This document shows, piece after piece, positions 19,731 to 20,000 of a DNA stretch of 20,000 bases; the first letter of the stretch is position 1, and the number at the start of each line of letters is the position of its first letter. Both the position numbers and the translations under genes were made by a program. Origin of the DNA: Chiloscyllium plagiosum (taxonomy: Eukaryota); contig NC_057719.1 in assembly GCF_004010195.1 (NCBI RefSeq), positions 72,646,090 through 72,666,089 of the forward strand, given 5' to 3'. Below the pieces are notes generated by a model, which was not told where the DNA came from, ran no database searches, and saw only the letters and a list, made by a program, of their open reading frames with translations.

Positions 19731-20000
19731 CAACCTCTCACCCTCGGAACGTGCAGTCCTCCACTCCCTCCGTTCCAACCCCAACCTATCAAACCGGCAG
19801 ACAAGGGAGGCGCGGTATTAGTTTGGCGCACTGACCTTTACACCACTGAGGCTAAACACCAGCTCGCGAACACCTCCTCCTACTGCCCACTTGACCATGA
19901 CCCCACCTCCCACCACCAAACCATCATCTCCCAGACCATCCATAACCTCATCACTTCAGGGGATCTCCCATCCACCGCCTCCAACCTCATAGTCCCACAA
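19731..20000 (+). mobile_element. Penelope-like (Neptune-type) RT N-terminal coding fragment, running off the window
   Basis: NLSPSERAVLHSLRSNPN / IKPADKGGAVLVWRTDLYTTEAKHQLANTSSYCPLDHDPT...ASNLIVPQ contains the PLE DKG motif, with one frameshift near 19787. Composition switches abruptly to C-rich. Confidence 0.88.

Overview
Eukaryotic, AT-rich genomic DNA, almost certainly from a shark (the repeats resemble those of carpet/bamboo sharks; this is inference). The window is the inside of a striatin-3 (STRN3/SG2NA) gene on the minus strand. Five consecutive coding exons (12128-12201, 10656-10737, 8822-8998, 3748-3913, 2780-2915; equivalent to mammalian exons 3-7) have GT-AG boundaries and splice together in frame. 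The introns are filled with transposable elements: CR1 LINE fragments including a 5' half with PHD/esterase ORF1 and APE endonuclease, older L2-like LINE relics, HE1/V-SINE, Deu-SINE and another tRNA-SINE, two TA-flanked Tigger-like elements, an LTR with polypurine tract, and at least eight Penelope-like (PLE) pieces. Three observations stand out. (i) Short PLE pseudo-LTR insertions, many of them inverted repeats with 13-15 bp (one 38 bp) target duplications, carry minimal hammerhead ribozymes; two have intact cores in the STRN3 pre-mRNA sense orientation. (ii) A ~310 bp local duplication copied the 3' end and donor of STRN3 exon 6 next to an acceptor-like sequence, creating a candidate phase-compatible 34-nt alternative micro-exon. 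(iii) There is a hammerhead-like fold upstream of the CR1 ORF1. One 237-N assembly gap lies at 9934-10170. All comparisons to known proteins and repeats are from memory, not database searches.
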